A DNA stretch of 64,000 nucleotides from Haplodiscus bocki (Eukaryota), in assembly GCA_965655095.1 (NCBI GenBank), contig OZ296657.1, forward strand, positions 46,500,001 through 46,564,000, in the 5' to 3' direction. Both the position numbers and the translations under genes were made by a program. Under the pieces are notes generated by a model. It worked only from the letters and a program-made list of their open reading frames with translations, had not been told where the DNA came from and did no database searches. How positions within the stretch are numbered: position 1 is the stretch's first letter; the number at the start of each line of letters is the position of its first letter. Below are positions 12,792 through 24,789 of this stretch, one piece after another.

Positions 12792-15700
12792 TATTAACTT
12801 ATTAATTAAATTATTATTAATTTATTCAATAGTTATTTGTTCATTTATTAAATAGCACTTATTAAAGAGTTTCAGTGCTTGATTGAAAAGACCGGATACT
12901 GGAGAGCCCTTACGTGAAAAGGATTTTAGAGGCCGGCATTTATGGTTTATATAATTGGAGCAAGTTCGCTGAAGGCTACAATCGGAAGAGTACCCTACAA
13001 ATTCAGGAGAGAATTATTTAGCCGAAGTTACAGCCTTGGAGGGCTCAGCTTCAACTGGAACACTAAAAACCCATTGAAGGTATTACAAAATCTACACACA
13101 GGAAAGGGTATACTTGCCAGAAAGTGTAAAGTGATAATTTGGCACGACATTATAAACAATTCGATTAGCAAACGTCGAAGCAACAACTACAGGGCCAAAA
13201 GTGTTGAAAAGTTACTCCAAATACTGCGTGACTTCAGTCATAGAATCGAAGCCGTAATATATTGTAGACGTGAAGGAGCCCTTGACATTTTTCGCAAATT
13301 GTTGGAGAGCAAAATTAACATACTAGACGTTAAATAAAACCTTCTATCCCATCGCAAGAGTAAAGATTTCATAGTTCTGCACGACTTGAACGAAATCCAG
13401 CCGTCCACTGAACTCGAATCCCGATTGCTCTCAACTGTTTGGCTGCACAGAAAGAACTTAAAAAATCTTTATAAGAGTAACAAGAAGAAGTCGAAACCGT
13501 GCAAGCCAAAGAAGAAAAACAAGCCATCGGTGAAAGAAAGAGAAAAAGCGAAACGAAAGAAAGAATCAGCTAAATAGGTAGAGTTTGATTGTGTTGTTTG
13601 ATTTTGTTTAGAGTGCTTTCGCAACCTTGACTGGTAGGAAGGGGCTTGTACTCCTTGCACTCTTTGAGAATGGGAGACAAAGCTAGAACTCAATCAACGA
13701 AGTACCCATGCGGTACCTGTAATCTTGAATGCAAAGATGGATCAGTCTCTTATTTTAAATGTGGTTGCTGGTACCACGCCGGTGAATGTTCCGGCATTGC
13801 TGCAAATGTCCTTAGATGTCTGCAAAAAACTTCAGGACTTATTTGGTTGTGTAAAGACTGCGAAGAGAGTGGTAACAAATTTCTCAAGAAATGGACCAGA
13901 TAATATTAATGAAACCGGCAGTAAGTTAGACTGCGTACAAAGGCAGTTAACTGAACGACAACTGAATGAGAATAAGCTTGAAAACACAGTGCAGAAATTC
14001 ATTGAAAAACGAATTTTGCATACTGAACAAAAGCTTGAGAACAAAATCAATTTAGTCATTGAGAAACAGCAGCTAATACCGGAGCAAATCAAGACATCAT
14101 GGCAAAAAAGCAATGTACCGCCTCCTATACCAAACATGAAGAAAATAATGAAAAAAACTCTGCAACAGCAGGAACAAGAAAAGGAGGACAATGAGAAACG
14201 GGAGAACAATCTGGTACTCTTTAATGTTCCAGAGAGCAAATTCGACACCCCAAAGGGAGGAGAAAGTGAGGACCTACAAGTCTTTAATCAATTTTGCGCA
14301 AAGGGCTTAAGGATTGAACTGGATGAAAACCAAAGAGACAAAGTTATACGATTTGGGAAAATTAGCAATGAAGACACACCAAGACCGAGACCGCTCAAAA
14401 ATGTCCTTAAGGAGAAAAAGGATAATATGAACATCTTTGGAACCTTGAGAAATTTGAAGGAAGCAGAATTGAAATTCCAACTGATCAGTGTTTCTCAAGA
14501 CTATTCAAGACAGACCTGTGAAAAAATAAATTCAATGATTGATGAAGCTAAAAAGAAGGACGGAGACGACTCAATAAACTATAGATACACAATTAGGGGA
14601 ACTGCAACTCAGCTACAGGTTCAAAAGCGCCGCATAAAAACAGATTCAAATGCTGCAAATGAATTCTGACTAAAATCAATCAATATCTTGCTATATAATC
14701 TAAGAAGCTTGCTCGACTTCAACAAAGGAATTAAATTTGCTGACTATGACTACACACTTGACTTTGACGTTTTACTTTTAACTGAGACATGGCTCACTAC
14801 TGACATAAAAACAGGAGAACTGTTTCTTCCCGATCATGATATTATACGAGGCGACAGACCAACTGAATCAGACAAACTGAATCAGGTACAAAGCGATGAA
14901 CCAACTGAATCAGATGCGTCTCGCCATGGCGGTGTATTGATAGCTGTGAAGAAAACAATCAAAACCGAGGAAGTTAGTGTGGCTGAATTACCCGTATCAG
15001 TTCAATCGTCACTTCGTGTTACAAAGCTAATTGGCTTAGAACCTCTGTACATCGCAGCTCTCTGCAATCCTCCGGCGGGAAGCAAACACCGGACATCTAT
15101 TGAGAATTTTCAGAAGTTATTCCGCTTCCTTGAGGAAACGTGCCCCAAGCGTCTCCTCTTCACCGGTGACTTCAACATGCCTTAAACAAATTGGAGTACC
15201 TATGATTCTGTAAATGAATATGAAAATCAGATCGCTTCGCTTCTGTTCAATTTGAATTTAAAACAATATATCGATTTCAATACAACGAAGAAAAACTATC
15301 TTGATCTTGTGTTTTGCAATGAAGATTCAATCATCAATGATTAGAAGCTGTGCGGAAATCTGTCTCATTCTCAGGAAACTTTCCCATCTCGATCAGTATG
15401 TCCATATATAGTAAAAATGCAGAGAAATTATCAAGGAGATACTTTAGTTACTGCAATTGTGATTTCGATGCATTGAATGAGGATGTCATTGCCAATCCAT
15501 TCGAACCGTACTGCTATAGTAATGTGGAGGTTAACACGAATCTCTGGTATGAATGGATACTTGAATTGATCGAAAAACATGTTCCTATCCGAACTAAAAA
15601 CAGTTAACTACTGCCTCCAAGGACATCTGCTGAGACATCACATCACATGAACAAGATTAAAACTGAGCGAAGAAAATTACAGAAAAAGGGACTCTGTACG

Positions 15701-17619
15701 TCTGAAAAATTGACAAAGCTAACAGAAGAATGTGATCAATTGCAAACAAATGATAGAGTCGATTACGAACAAAGGCTTTTTGCCAGCAGACATAAGGGAC
15801 GAATTTTCAAATATTTGAAAAGCCTGAAAAAAGACAGTCTACCGCCAGTCATAAAATCTGAAAGCTTCAAAAGGGAAGCTAGCACAGATCTCAAGAATGC
15901 AAACCTTTTTAATAATTACTTTGCTACGATACTGACTGATGACGATTATGAATACTTCGAACCAAGCGAACAGCATAGCTTTGGGGAAAATGACATCTTA
16001 ATAAGGGAAAATATAATAAAACCAGAGCTAAAGTCACTTAACATCTCGAAGAGCAGAGGTCACGATTCGATACCACCCATATTGTTTAAAAAATGCGGGG
16101 GTTCGTCGCTACGTCCATTCGAAACTTGTTCAGTAATATCAAGAGATTGCGCAAATTTCCATCTGCATGGAAGACTGAAATTGTCAGTCCGATATACAAA
16201 GACGGTGACAAAAGAGAAGTTTCGAACTATAGGCCAGTTACCCTCTTAAACATAATCTCAAAATCATTTAAAATTTTCATCCTTGCACCAATCAACACTG
16301 CGTTTGCTGGTTGTATAAGCAATTTCCAATTTGGTTTTAGGCCGAGGCGTTCAGTTGTACTGCAATTACTATACAGTGTATCTCATATCTACTCACACTT
16401 GGACTTGAGAGACTCTGTTACTTTATTTGTTTTGACAAAATAAAGCATAGTGTCCTGATGAAAAAGTTACTACAAATTCCCATCTCCAAGGCTTTATTCG
16501 AACTGATTCAAGACTACTTATTAGGAAGAACACAGAAAGTGCGAATAGGTGACCAGTTATCGAATGAGCGGACTGTAACATCTGGAGTACCACAGGGATC
16601 GGTATTGGGACCATTACTCTTCTTGATATACATAAACGATCTCCCCACTGTTGTTTTCTCGTCGATGGCTTTACTATTTGCCGATGATTTAAAACCGATT
16701 TTCAATGGGAGTGCTGAACAAAAATCCTTAGAAAAACTTCAAATCGACTTACAAGCCCTTCACGACTGGAGTATGCAAAATCCTCTACTATTCAATTTGA
16801 AGTGTTCAATCAGGGAATTTCAGTACCGTAGAAATAAGAACACTCTCGAAAGAGTTTGTTTTATTATGGAGGGTCGAAATTTAAACCACAAAAGCCTTGT
16901 TCGTGACGTCGGCCTGTTCATAGATGAATCACTAAACTGGAACGAGCATGTGAAAGTAAGTGTTGGAAAGGCAGCAAAATCGTTTTTTCTGTTAAGAAGA
17001 AGTACCATGCCGATCATTTGCACCAAGACTAAAGCCCATCTTTACCGATCAATAATAACAACGTCGTTACTTTTTGCATCCGAATGCTGGGAATTAAGGA
17101 ATACGAGTTTCAAAATCATTCAAAAATTCAACAAAAAGGTTCTGAAGTGGATTTGCAGAAATTTGGATTATAAGGATGCTGTGGTCCAATCAAATCTATT
17201 ACCACCACTCTACTTTAAAGTGCTTAAAGACCTTTTACTCTTCAATTACATTTTGGAAGGAAGACACGATGTAGATTTTTCGAAAGAATTCAAAATCACT
17301 AACAGCGGTAGAAGAAGACGTGTTGTGCTTCCAGACACTAGATATGATATACAGAGGCAAAACTTTTGGTACAGGACTGGATTCATAATTAACGTCGTGC
17401 AAAGATCTCTTGATTTCTTCAACCCGGAGAATCTGAAGAAGAAACTGATTGAATATAAGTGGATGTATTTTAATAGACATTGGACTGAAAACAATCCCTG
17501 TACTCGGATTTTCATTTGTTTATGTGTAAACTGTCGTGCCAATCCTATATCCTAGATTGTAACGGCGGGGTAAAATTCCCCAGCGGCATATCCACGAAGT
17601 TATAATAATAATAATAATA
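12792..17619 (+). mobile_element. Near full-length CR1/L2-type LINE with three ORFs (accessory ORF0, PHD-ORF1, APE-RT ORF2) and (TAA)n tail
   Basis: ORF0 12942-13577. ORF1 13670-14669 (PHD finger CxxC...WYH..C...WLCKDC, then RENNLVLFNVPE). ORF2 ~14650-17555 (LTETWL, GGVLIAV, GDFNMP, NYRPVTLL, GVPQGSVLGP, FADDLK). Tail 17602-17619. Confidence 0.9.
12942..13577 (+). pseudogene. Accessory SGNH/GDSL-fold-like ORF with Lys-rich C-terminal tail (one in-frame stop at 13335)
   Basis: ORFs 12942-13337 and 13386-13577 share one frame. Motifs IIGASSL, GGLSF, VIIWHDIINNSI and EIQPS are spaced like SGNH blocks I, II, III and V. Confidence 0.55.
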
Positions 17620-18326
17620 TTGGTTGTTAATATATTTTCTGCTTTAGCCCAACGTTTGCTAAATTTTTCCCAGTTTGAACAAGCATTGAAAATCCGATGC
17701 ACGAAGCCAGATACCAGTCAAGACAAATAAATCTTGGGGACAACAGCGTTGAAATTCAAAATAACATCAGTGTCTGTGCTTTTCCGATACCATGTCGATA
17801 CAATTTTACTATTGATCTTCTTCATGGAAAGGTCAAGAAAGGGTAGTCCGTCTAAACTTGCTTCTTCAAGAGTAAATGTGATGTTGCGGTGACAAATGTT
17901 GACAAAGTCCAAGAGGATTTGTTTTCTACCAGTTAGCAGTGACCTGATGACATCATATACATAACGAAAATATATCATTGAACTGGATCCTAGTTCGTCA
18001 TCATATTGAGCCAAAAAGATGTAAGCCAGCAGGGGAGCTTCCGGCGATCCCGTAGCGATTCCGTCGGTTTGTCGATAAAAGGCTTTATCCATGTCAGAAA
18101 AAAGGACATCAATGGACACCATCTCCAGTGACGTTTTGAAGGTGTCCTCCAGCATTGGAGGTGGTTCCACACGAACACTATCATACATTTTCTCTGTAGC
18201 TTATGCTATTGCGTTTGCCACGGACAGGTTGGTAAAGGGGCTAACCAATCCAGACTGATGATGTTCTCATCATCATCAAGGTTCAGGTCCTTCAGCGCTT
18301 CTTGAACCTTCTTAACATTGATGTTT

Positions 18327-18332
18327 AGTAGC

Positions 18333-18366
<34 letters not shown>
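18327..18366. repeat. (AGT)n microsatellite
   Basis: Direct reading; similar tracts occur at 20221-20245 and 23721-23759. Confidence 0.95.
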
Positions 18367-20515
18367 TTCTGCTTCCTGGCACTGTGCAGGAGGGAAAAAC
18401 GCCAGTTGCTGCAAAACGCCAGTTTTTTGACGCGGCCCTATAGACAAAACGCCTTTGAACTTCAAATTTCTGCGGAAAGCTTCGGAATGGACGGTTCCTT
18501 CAATTTTACCGTTGGTCCATGTGGAAACCTTTCATCTGAAGCATTAATTTCGAAATTTTCGAGGTTTTATCAAAATCAGGCTGAACTGGCGCTATGCTGG
18601 ATTTTTCCTACTACCGGAAGCTGGAAAACTGCCACTTTTGCGGACAACTCCCTGAAAGCAGTCGGTTAAAGTGTAAAAGGTCGAAAAAACTGAAAAACAA
18701 GTCTTCTAACCCCATTAATATAACCTTTTTTGTCGCATCATTAAAGCGAAAGATTATATCGTCAGCTGCGGGAAAACACACTCAATGTCGTGCTGATTAA
18801 ATACAAGGTCAAGTTCTTAATTTGGTGGAGGATCGTTGGCAAGCAATTTCCAGTTTGTTTATTTTCAGGGAAACATGAAACTACTCCAGGCTTAAACCAA
18901 ATGCTGGTTTTCGAAAACAAAGTTCAATACAAAAATATTAAGGGCGGCTTTGCACAAATTGAAGATTAACTTGGCTTGAACAAGTCCAAAAAAATATAGG
19001 TTTCTTCATGCAATAATCAGTATTGGAACTAGTGCCTTGGGCACTACCACATCTTTTGTTCCGGTTTCTTCCAGGGCTGAATACTACTTTCCCTTACATC
19101 CAACTCACCCTTTTTCAAGATCTTATTACCGCTTTTATAACTTCTCGTTGTTTTTTATATCCTATTCCCGTTTCTTAGATCGTATTCTCCGAGTTTTCTT
19201 TCGATAGTTTCCCCTTCTTACGTTTTATTCCCGTCAGTTTCATTCTAGTATAGCTCATTTGCTGTTAACAGTATAGGTCATTCCTGCTGGGCATTTACTA
19301 ATGGCAAATTAGACTTTATTATTTGGCCCTTCATGACCTGTAATTAAATACTCTTTCCTTTTTTTGGATCTTGGACCTTTGTTTTCTGGGCTTTATCTCG
19401 CAGTGGAAAAAATGGGGACCTTCTGTTTTCTTTCACTCCAGTAACGAAAACTTCGGAAGACTTCTCCGTATACTTGGAGAAAGAAGTCGATGGCCTTCTC
19501 ATGTTTCAAATACTTAGGTTGTCCTAACTACGTTACGTTCAGTTATTAGTAAAAAGTCAGACTCATAACTGTTCAAACGATTTTTTTTCAATGCACAATT
19601 TGCCTAAAGCGAATGAGTTTCAAAGAAACACGCCCGAAAAATCAAAAGGTTGAGAAAATTTTCAACAGAGAAGTTACAAAACTCTTCCCAATGGTGGTGC
19701 AATTATGCAAAGTTCATTTAGGGCCCATGCTCATTTTGGCTATTAAAATTTGAGTTCCGTTCAGTTTTTGTGTCACTTTTCAAGCTTCTTTTTATTCTGG
19801 ATATATCAAATATGAACATCTGTGGTAATTTTTCGGGGTCTGTCTGCTGACTCATGCATCATAATACTCAACTTGCGAACAATCCATTTCGGACGTTTCA
19901 TGGGGAAACAGGTATTTAGTTGTCAAGAGGAAACAGAAAACGTTTTCATTCAGAGATGATAGTGAATTCTATGAATATGATTTATTAAAGATGAAAAGTC
20001 GAGAAGAATGGTACAAGTTTCAATGAGTGGCGCAACGTGATTTATTCACCGGGCCCTGCTTGGCCAAAACCCACCCCATACAAAGTTCAAAAGACATATG
20101 AGGTCTTTAACCTAAAAAAATGACCCCTCGTTTTTCACCCCCTATGGTTTTAACTAGCGCCATTCTGAGAATAATTCCGTAACTAGCGCCACAGGATGTG
20201 TAACCAGCGTCCATTCTACCTAGTAGTAGTAGTAATAGTAGTAATGAAGAGAGCTTCGGTGTAGAGCTTTTACTCAACTTTTTATCTAAAATGAACCAGA
20301 GGACAAATCAAATATAAACCGAACATAATTCATATTGAAGTATATGGTAGTCATATGACAGTCTCATTTTTGATCATGCTCTCACTCATTTTAATTTTGA
20401 AAAATTGCCTGATTTTTCCCATTGTAGAATTTCAAACTTGAATATGCCAAATTGAATTGAAGATGAGTTCAAATACTTTTGTTTAGAGTATAAAGATTTT
20501 TTTTCAGTGTCAGCA

Positions 20516-22084
20516 ATGGAAAACCAATGCGGTCTGACTATATCAGCGGAAGGTTTATCTGGAATTAGAGCATTCCCTCTCTTCAATCCACATACGAGGT
20601 TTCATAGATATTTTGCCCTATTATTTGTTTCCTTTCCTTCGGATCTTACTTCTGCTATGACTCCCCTGCTGCGCTTGCAGACCAAATTGAAAAAGACATG
20701 GATGTTACAGCTGGGAAATACACTTTGTTGTATTCATGGTATTCGTGGCCCAACACAATTCTCTGTTTCTTTGGCGGCTTTCTTCTTGATCGTGTCTTTG
20801 GACTTAGAGCTGGAGCCCTAATTTTTGGTGCTTTCTGCATTTTGGGACATGCTGTCGTCGCAACTGCGGCTTTAATTGGACCTGATGCATATCGGTTAAT
20901 GGAAACTGGACGGTTCATTTTCGGATTGGGTGGCGAATCTCTTGCTGTTGCACAGAACGCTTACAGTGTGTTATGGTTCAAAGGAGCAGAATTGAATATG
21001 GTCTTCGGCTTGCAACTCAGTTTCTCTCGACTTGGATTAACATTGAATATGAACATCCAGACCCCTCTGTATAATTACTTCCGCGACAGTTACTCGTCAT
21101 GGAAATCATACCAAGTATTGGCTGCTACATTATATGTCGGAGTTGTAATGTGTATATAATTTCATTCTTTTGCGGCATAATTTTGGCGTGTATCGACAAA
21201 CGAGCCTCTCGGATTTTGAAAAGAGCAAGCGGTGGTTCAGGTGAAGTTATCAAAATTACTGATGTAAGATATTTTCCGATATCATTTTGGCTCATTTGTG
21301 TAATATGTGTTATGTACTATGCTGCCGTGTTTCCCTTTGTCGCAGTCGGGAAAATTTTTTTCATGGGCAAATTTTCGTTGTCTGATTCGTCAGCTTCGTT
21401 GTTAAACAGTATTGTGTACTTAATATCTGCCGGAGCCTCTCCTATTCTTGGAATTCTGGTCGATTACACTGGATTCAATCTGTTCTACCTCATCGGGTCG
21501 ATCATAGGTACCCTTGGTGCTCACTTCTTGTTAGCTTATACGTGGATCAACCCCTGGCTTGCCATGATAATTATGGGGATAGGCTACTCATTTTGCGCGT
21601 GCGCATTGTGGCCTATGGTTGCGCTTATTATTCCAGGCCATCAAGTGGGAACTGCCTATGGATGTATGCAAAGCATCCAAAATCTTGGTCTCGCTTTGGC
21701 TACCTTAGTTTGTGGCGCTATTGTTGAGGCAGCTGGATTCCTCATGTTGGAAATCTTTTTCATTTGCTGTCTATTTTTAGCACTTTTGAGCTGGTGTATC
21801 TTTTGGATGACCTCAACGGACTCGGCTTGAACCTTTCGACTAAGGAACGAAACCGAATCCAAGCTGAAGAAATGGAGCGAGCTAAGTGGGATATCGACTC
21901 TGAGAAATCGTCAGAGTCCGGATCCGTTCACAACGAGGTCATGTATAATGACGTGCTCAAGCCCAGAAGTGCCAGTGCTTTGAGACTGAGATTTTATTCC
22001 ATGGTCACTCCTGATGCCGATGATCCCAAGGAAAGTTTTGCCGTGCACTCTGCCACTCTTTCAGGAAGATCTCTTGTTGCGTAA
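20516..22084 (+). pseudogene. MFSD1: MFSD1 lysosomal MFS transporter, intronless, with three frameshifts (~20625, ~21152, ~21788)
   Basis: Joined frames give FLSFGSYFCYDSPAAL...LLYSWYSWPN..LCFFGGFLLDRVFG.R.G, GRFIFGLGGESLAVAQNAY...WFKG.ELNMVFGLQLS, LWPMVA.I.P.HQ.GTAYG.MQSIQNLGLA and LNLSTKER. This could be a real pseudogene or reflect assembly indels. Confidence 0.88.
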
Positions 22085-23717
22085 TCGGTTGTTTATGTAT
22101 TGCGTAATGTTGGAATTTCTACATTCGATCACATCAGGGGTGACATTTTCCAGTTTGGGTTGTTGGAAAAACAATGAAATTGGTGACATTTCAATTATTA
22201 ATTCGGTATCAAATAATAAAAAATTGCGTGCGTGTTCTAAAACAACTTTGCGATTGAAATGCCTCACAATCAATAGTGGACATCATAAATTGGAGAACGA
22301 AACCGAATAATTTTCATTTGGATTTTTTTCTGGAAAACGGAAAATAATTAAACGAGCCTTTTCATGTTCCGAAATGAAATAATTTTTCAGACTCATCAGT
22401 TGATTTTGTTCAAATAGATGTTCTTATAAGAAGTCTTTTCGCTGGCGTACGAATATTACCCATTTTCATATCCTAGCTATACCCTAGCAGCGTCTTTTAC
22501 GTAATCCGTATGTTGTTTAAATACTTGTAACCTCGTTGCTAATGAACTTAGAATAATACTAACTAGATTAGATTTTTGACTTCGATTTCACTTTTTCATA
22601 CAGCAATCTTCCAAACTAGTTAATATATTCCGTATTACTATCTCAGAACAAAGTGGAACTTGTACTCAGCTTGATAGCTTCAAAATCCCATCTCATTTTG
22701 CGGCGAAAATTTCCGGGGCCATTTTTCCCTTTTGTGGAGTAGCATGTTCTGACAGAAATGGCGGCAATTACACAAATTGTTCACTTGGGGTAATTACCAA
22801 AACTGGTGCTGTCTTTATTTTGGATTCTTCAGGACGATGTCTTCGAAGTTTGAATCTCAGGAATCCTGTTGAAGTTGTCTCAAAGCTTGTTTTATTGCCT
22901 TCTCTCGAAAAAGACTTGATATGTTTCTGCGATTCTCGATCAAAAGTTTACATCATTGACCCTGAAAGCCTTGTGTTAGAAAAGATTATTGAAAAAGTGC
23001 AAAACCAGATTTTAAATCACTATGGGCTTCCAAAGATTATTAATAAATTACCATCATAATAAAAACTGTGACATCATGGCTTGACAAAATACTTTAAAGC
23101 AATTAAAAAACTGTTTGACGGTCAATTTATCTTCAAAGCAAGTATGTGGGGAACATTATTTTTTGAAGTAGGTTCGGGAGATACTGGAAGAGAGTTGTTT
23201 TCTTGTTTTTGAAGCCAGTTAAAACAAAAACTATCTACTCAACATGCTAATTTGTTCTTTAATTTTCAACAAATGTTGATGCCCGAGACATCATGAGACG
23301 ATTTCAATTGATTATTATTCTTGTTATTTGGTTTGTCAGTGATAGTAGTTTGCACTGGTAATTGAAGTTCTTGACGTGCTTTTTTTTCTCCAATTGACGT
23401 ATTGATTGTGCATTCTCACCTATTGTATGTTCTTATACTTTTACATTACTGTGCTAAAGCAAACTGCCATTTCAGTTGTTCAAAACGCCAGTGGGGAATA
23501 ACGCCCCGGCATAGCGCCAATTTTAGACGTTGCTAAAATATGTTGACCAATCTCTGCTGATTTTTTCCCAGACGCTACTATTTGTCTTCCAGGGGTTCAG
23601 CAGACGCTCAGGAGACGGTCGTAGAGTATTGTTTTCACGTCAGTGATGAGTAAATTTTGTTTTTGGTCAAAAGCAGGCAGAACGCCAGAAGCTGATACCA
23701 TCAAAACGCCACTAAGC

Positions 23718-23720
<3 letters not shown>

Positions 23721-23759
<39 letters not shown>

Positions 23760-24775
23760 CGGCTTCTGGGCCTTCTTCCCATGGGAAATCTTCCATCCCT
23801 GATTTGTTTGCTCTTTGTTTGGCTCTGGTAGTCATCAAGTATTTATAATTTGCCTTGGGGGTTGCAGTAGCCACAAAGGCAAAGTATACGCCATGTGCAG
23901 GATACCTTCTTGTTGTACTGATCTAGAAAGAACTTCCAGTAAGCTTCAAGTAGGTGTTCTTTGTCCATTGGTTCATTAAGTAGCTTCATGTGGCGAGAGA
24001 GGATGTTGTACAGTTGACTGGCGCGGATTAGGAAGTTTTCATCAGCTTTCTTCGTCCTCGTGGATGTTACGACCATTTCATTCCAATCGCCCTGCCTGGT
24101 GTTCGAACAGGGTCTCACAGACAATAATTCACTGTGTTTGATGTCCATCTTCGGTTCCAGAAAGTCGAGTAGGAAGAGAACGTCGTGAAGCTCTATGTAC
24201 AAAGATAACGGTAACAGTTTGCTTTTAATAATTCTGCATTTGTAGCTGATGTCGTATCCATGGAACCAGGCTGTGGCTTGTTTCTGATTTTTTTCAAGTT
24301 TTTTCAATGACCCGATGCTGGGGTGATACGCTTGCGATGTATACGTTAGCATTGGCATTACGTACCCTGTGTAGGCATGGATCTTATTTTGAATATTGCA
24401 TTTCTTTGTAACATTACGTCGGATTTTGAAAAGGGCCTTGAGGGCGTTTGCCGAGCGTCTTGAACAGTTTTCGTTCCATCCCAGACCGTTCTCCACAAAA
24501 AGACCGAGGTCCCTTTGAACTGATGGTTGATTGATGCTAACATTATTCAACTGGGCAGACATGTCGCCCTTTATAACTAATAAGCTACACTTTTTCTCGT
24601 TGAGTTTGATTTCGTTCAGCTCACACCATCCTTCAAGCTGTTTGGTACCGTTCTCCAACTCTTCTTGTTGTGTGAAGATGAGTTTATATTCGTCTGCGTA
24701 GCCAAAACGATTATACGTTAGCCTCAGGTAACTCTCAGATAGTTTCCCAATTCCGCCGCTAAAGCATGGTATGTC
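23721..24775 (-). mobile_element. CR1/L2-type LINE 3' fragment with (ACT)n tail
   Basis: GYADEYKL, WCELNEIKLNEKKC, QRDLGL and terminal CTWRILCLCGYC, then a short UTR and the (ACT)13 tail at 23721-23759. Confidence 0.85.
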
Positions 24776-24789
24776 GATCCTGGCATGGC

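Larger units (their letters stand above)
12057..18326 (-). mobile_element. Penelope-like element (RT relic 17620-18326, GIY-YIG 12230-12598, pLTR 12057-12205) split by a LINE insertion
   Basis: RT motifs LDDDENIISLD, FYRQTDGIATGSP, YFRYV.D, LPFLD and YRKST.T. GIY-YIG IVYNMTCPKC..TYIGQT.R...R.KEH...LEA.YI...KP.LN. The reading frame continues across the 12790/17620 junction. Confidence 0.88.
1432..22996 (+). pseudogene. Decayed multi-exon FANCB-like gene; candidate exons 1432-1559, 1657-1688, 2177-2656, 22604-22996
   Basis: The exons have AG/GT boundaries with consistent phases (1,0,0). Exon A QKMIMYGCEVLLFEL resembles the FANCB N-terminus (ERLLCYNGEVLVFQL, recalled). Exon D (131 open codons) IPSHFAAKIS...SLGVITKTG...ESLVLEKIIEK resembles FANCB IPPAYSSVVT...SLIALTRKN...ESFQVAAKWEK. 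In-frame stops at 1520, 2267, 2345, 2411 and 2537. Confidence 0.5.

Noticed and set aside
23597-23831. Short ORFs with poly-Leu or poly-Ser
   Set aside because: They are translations of the (AGT)n LINE tail.
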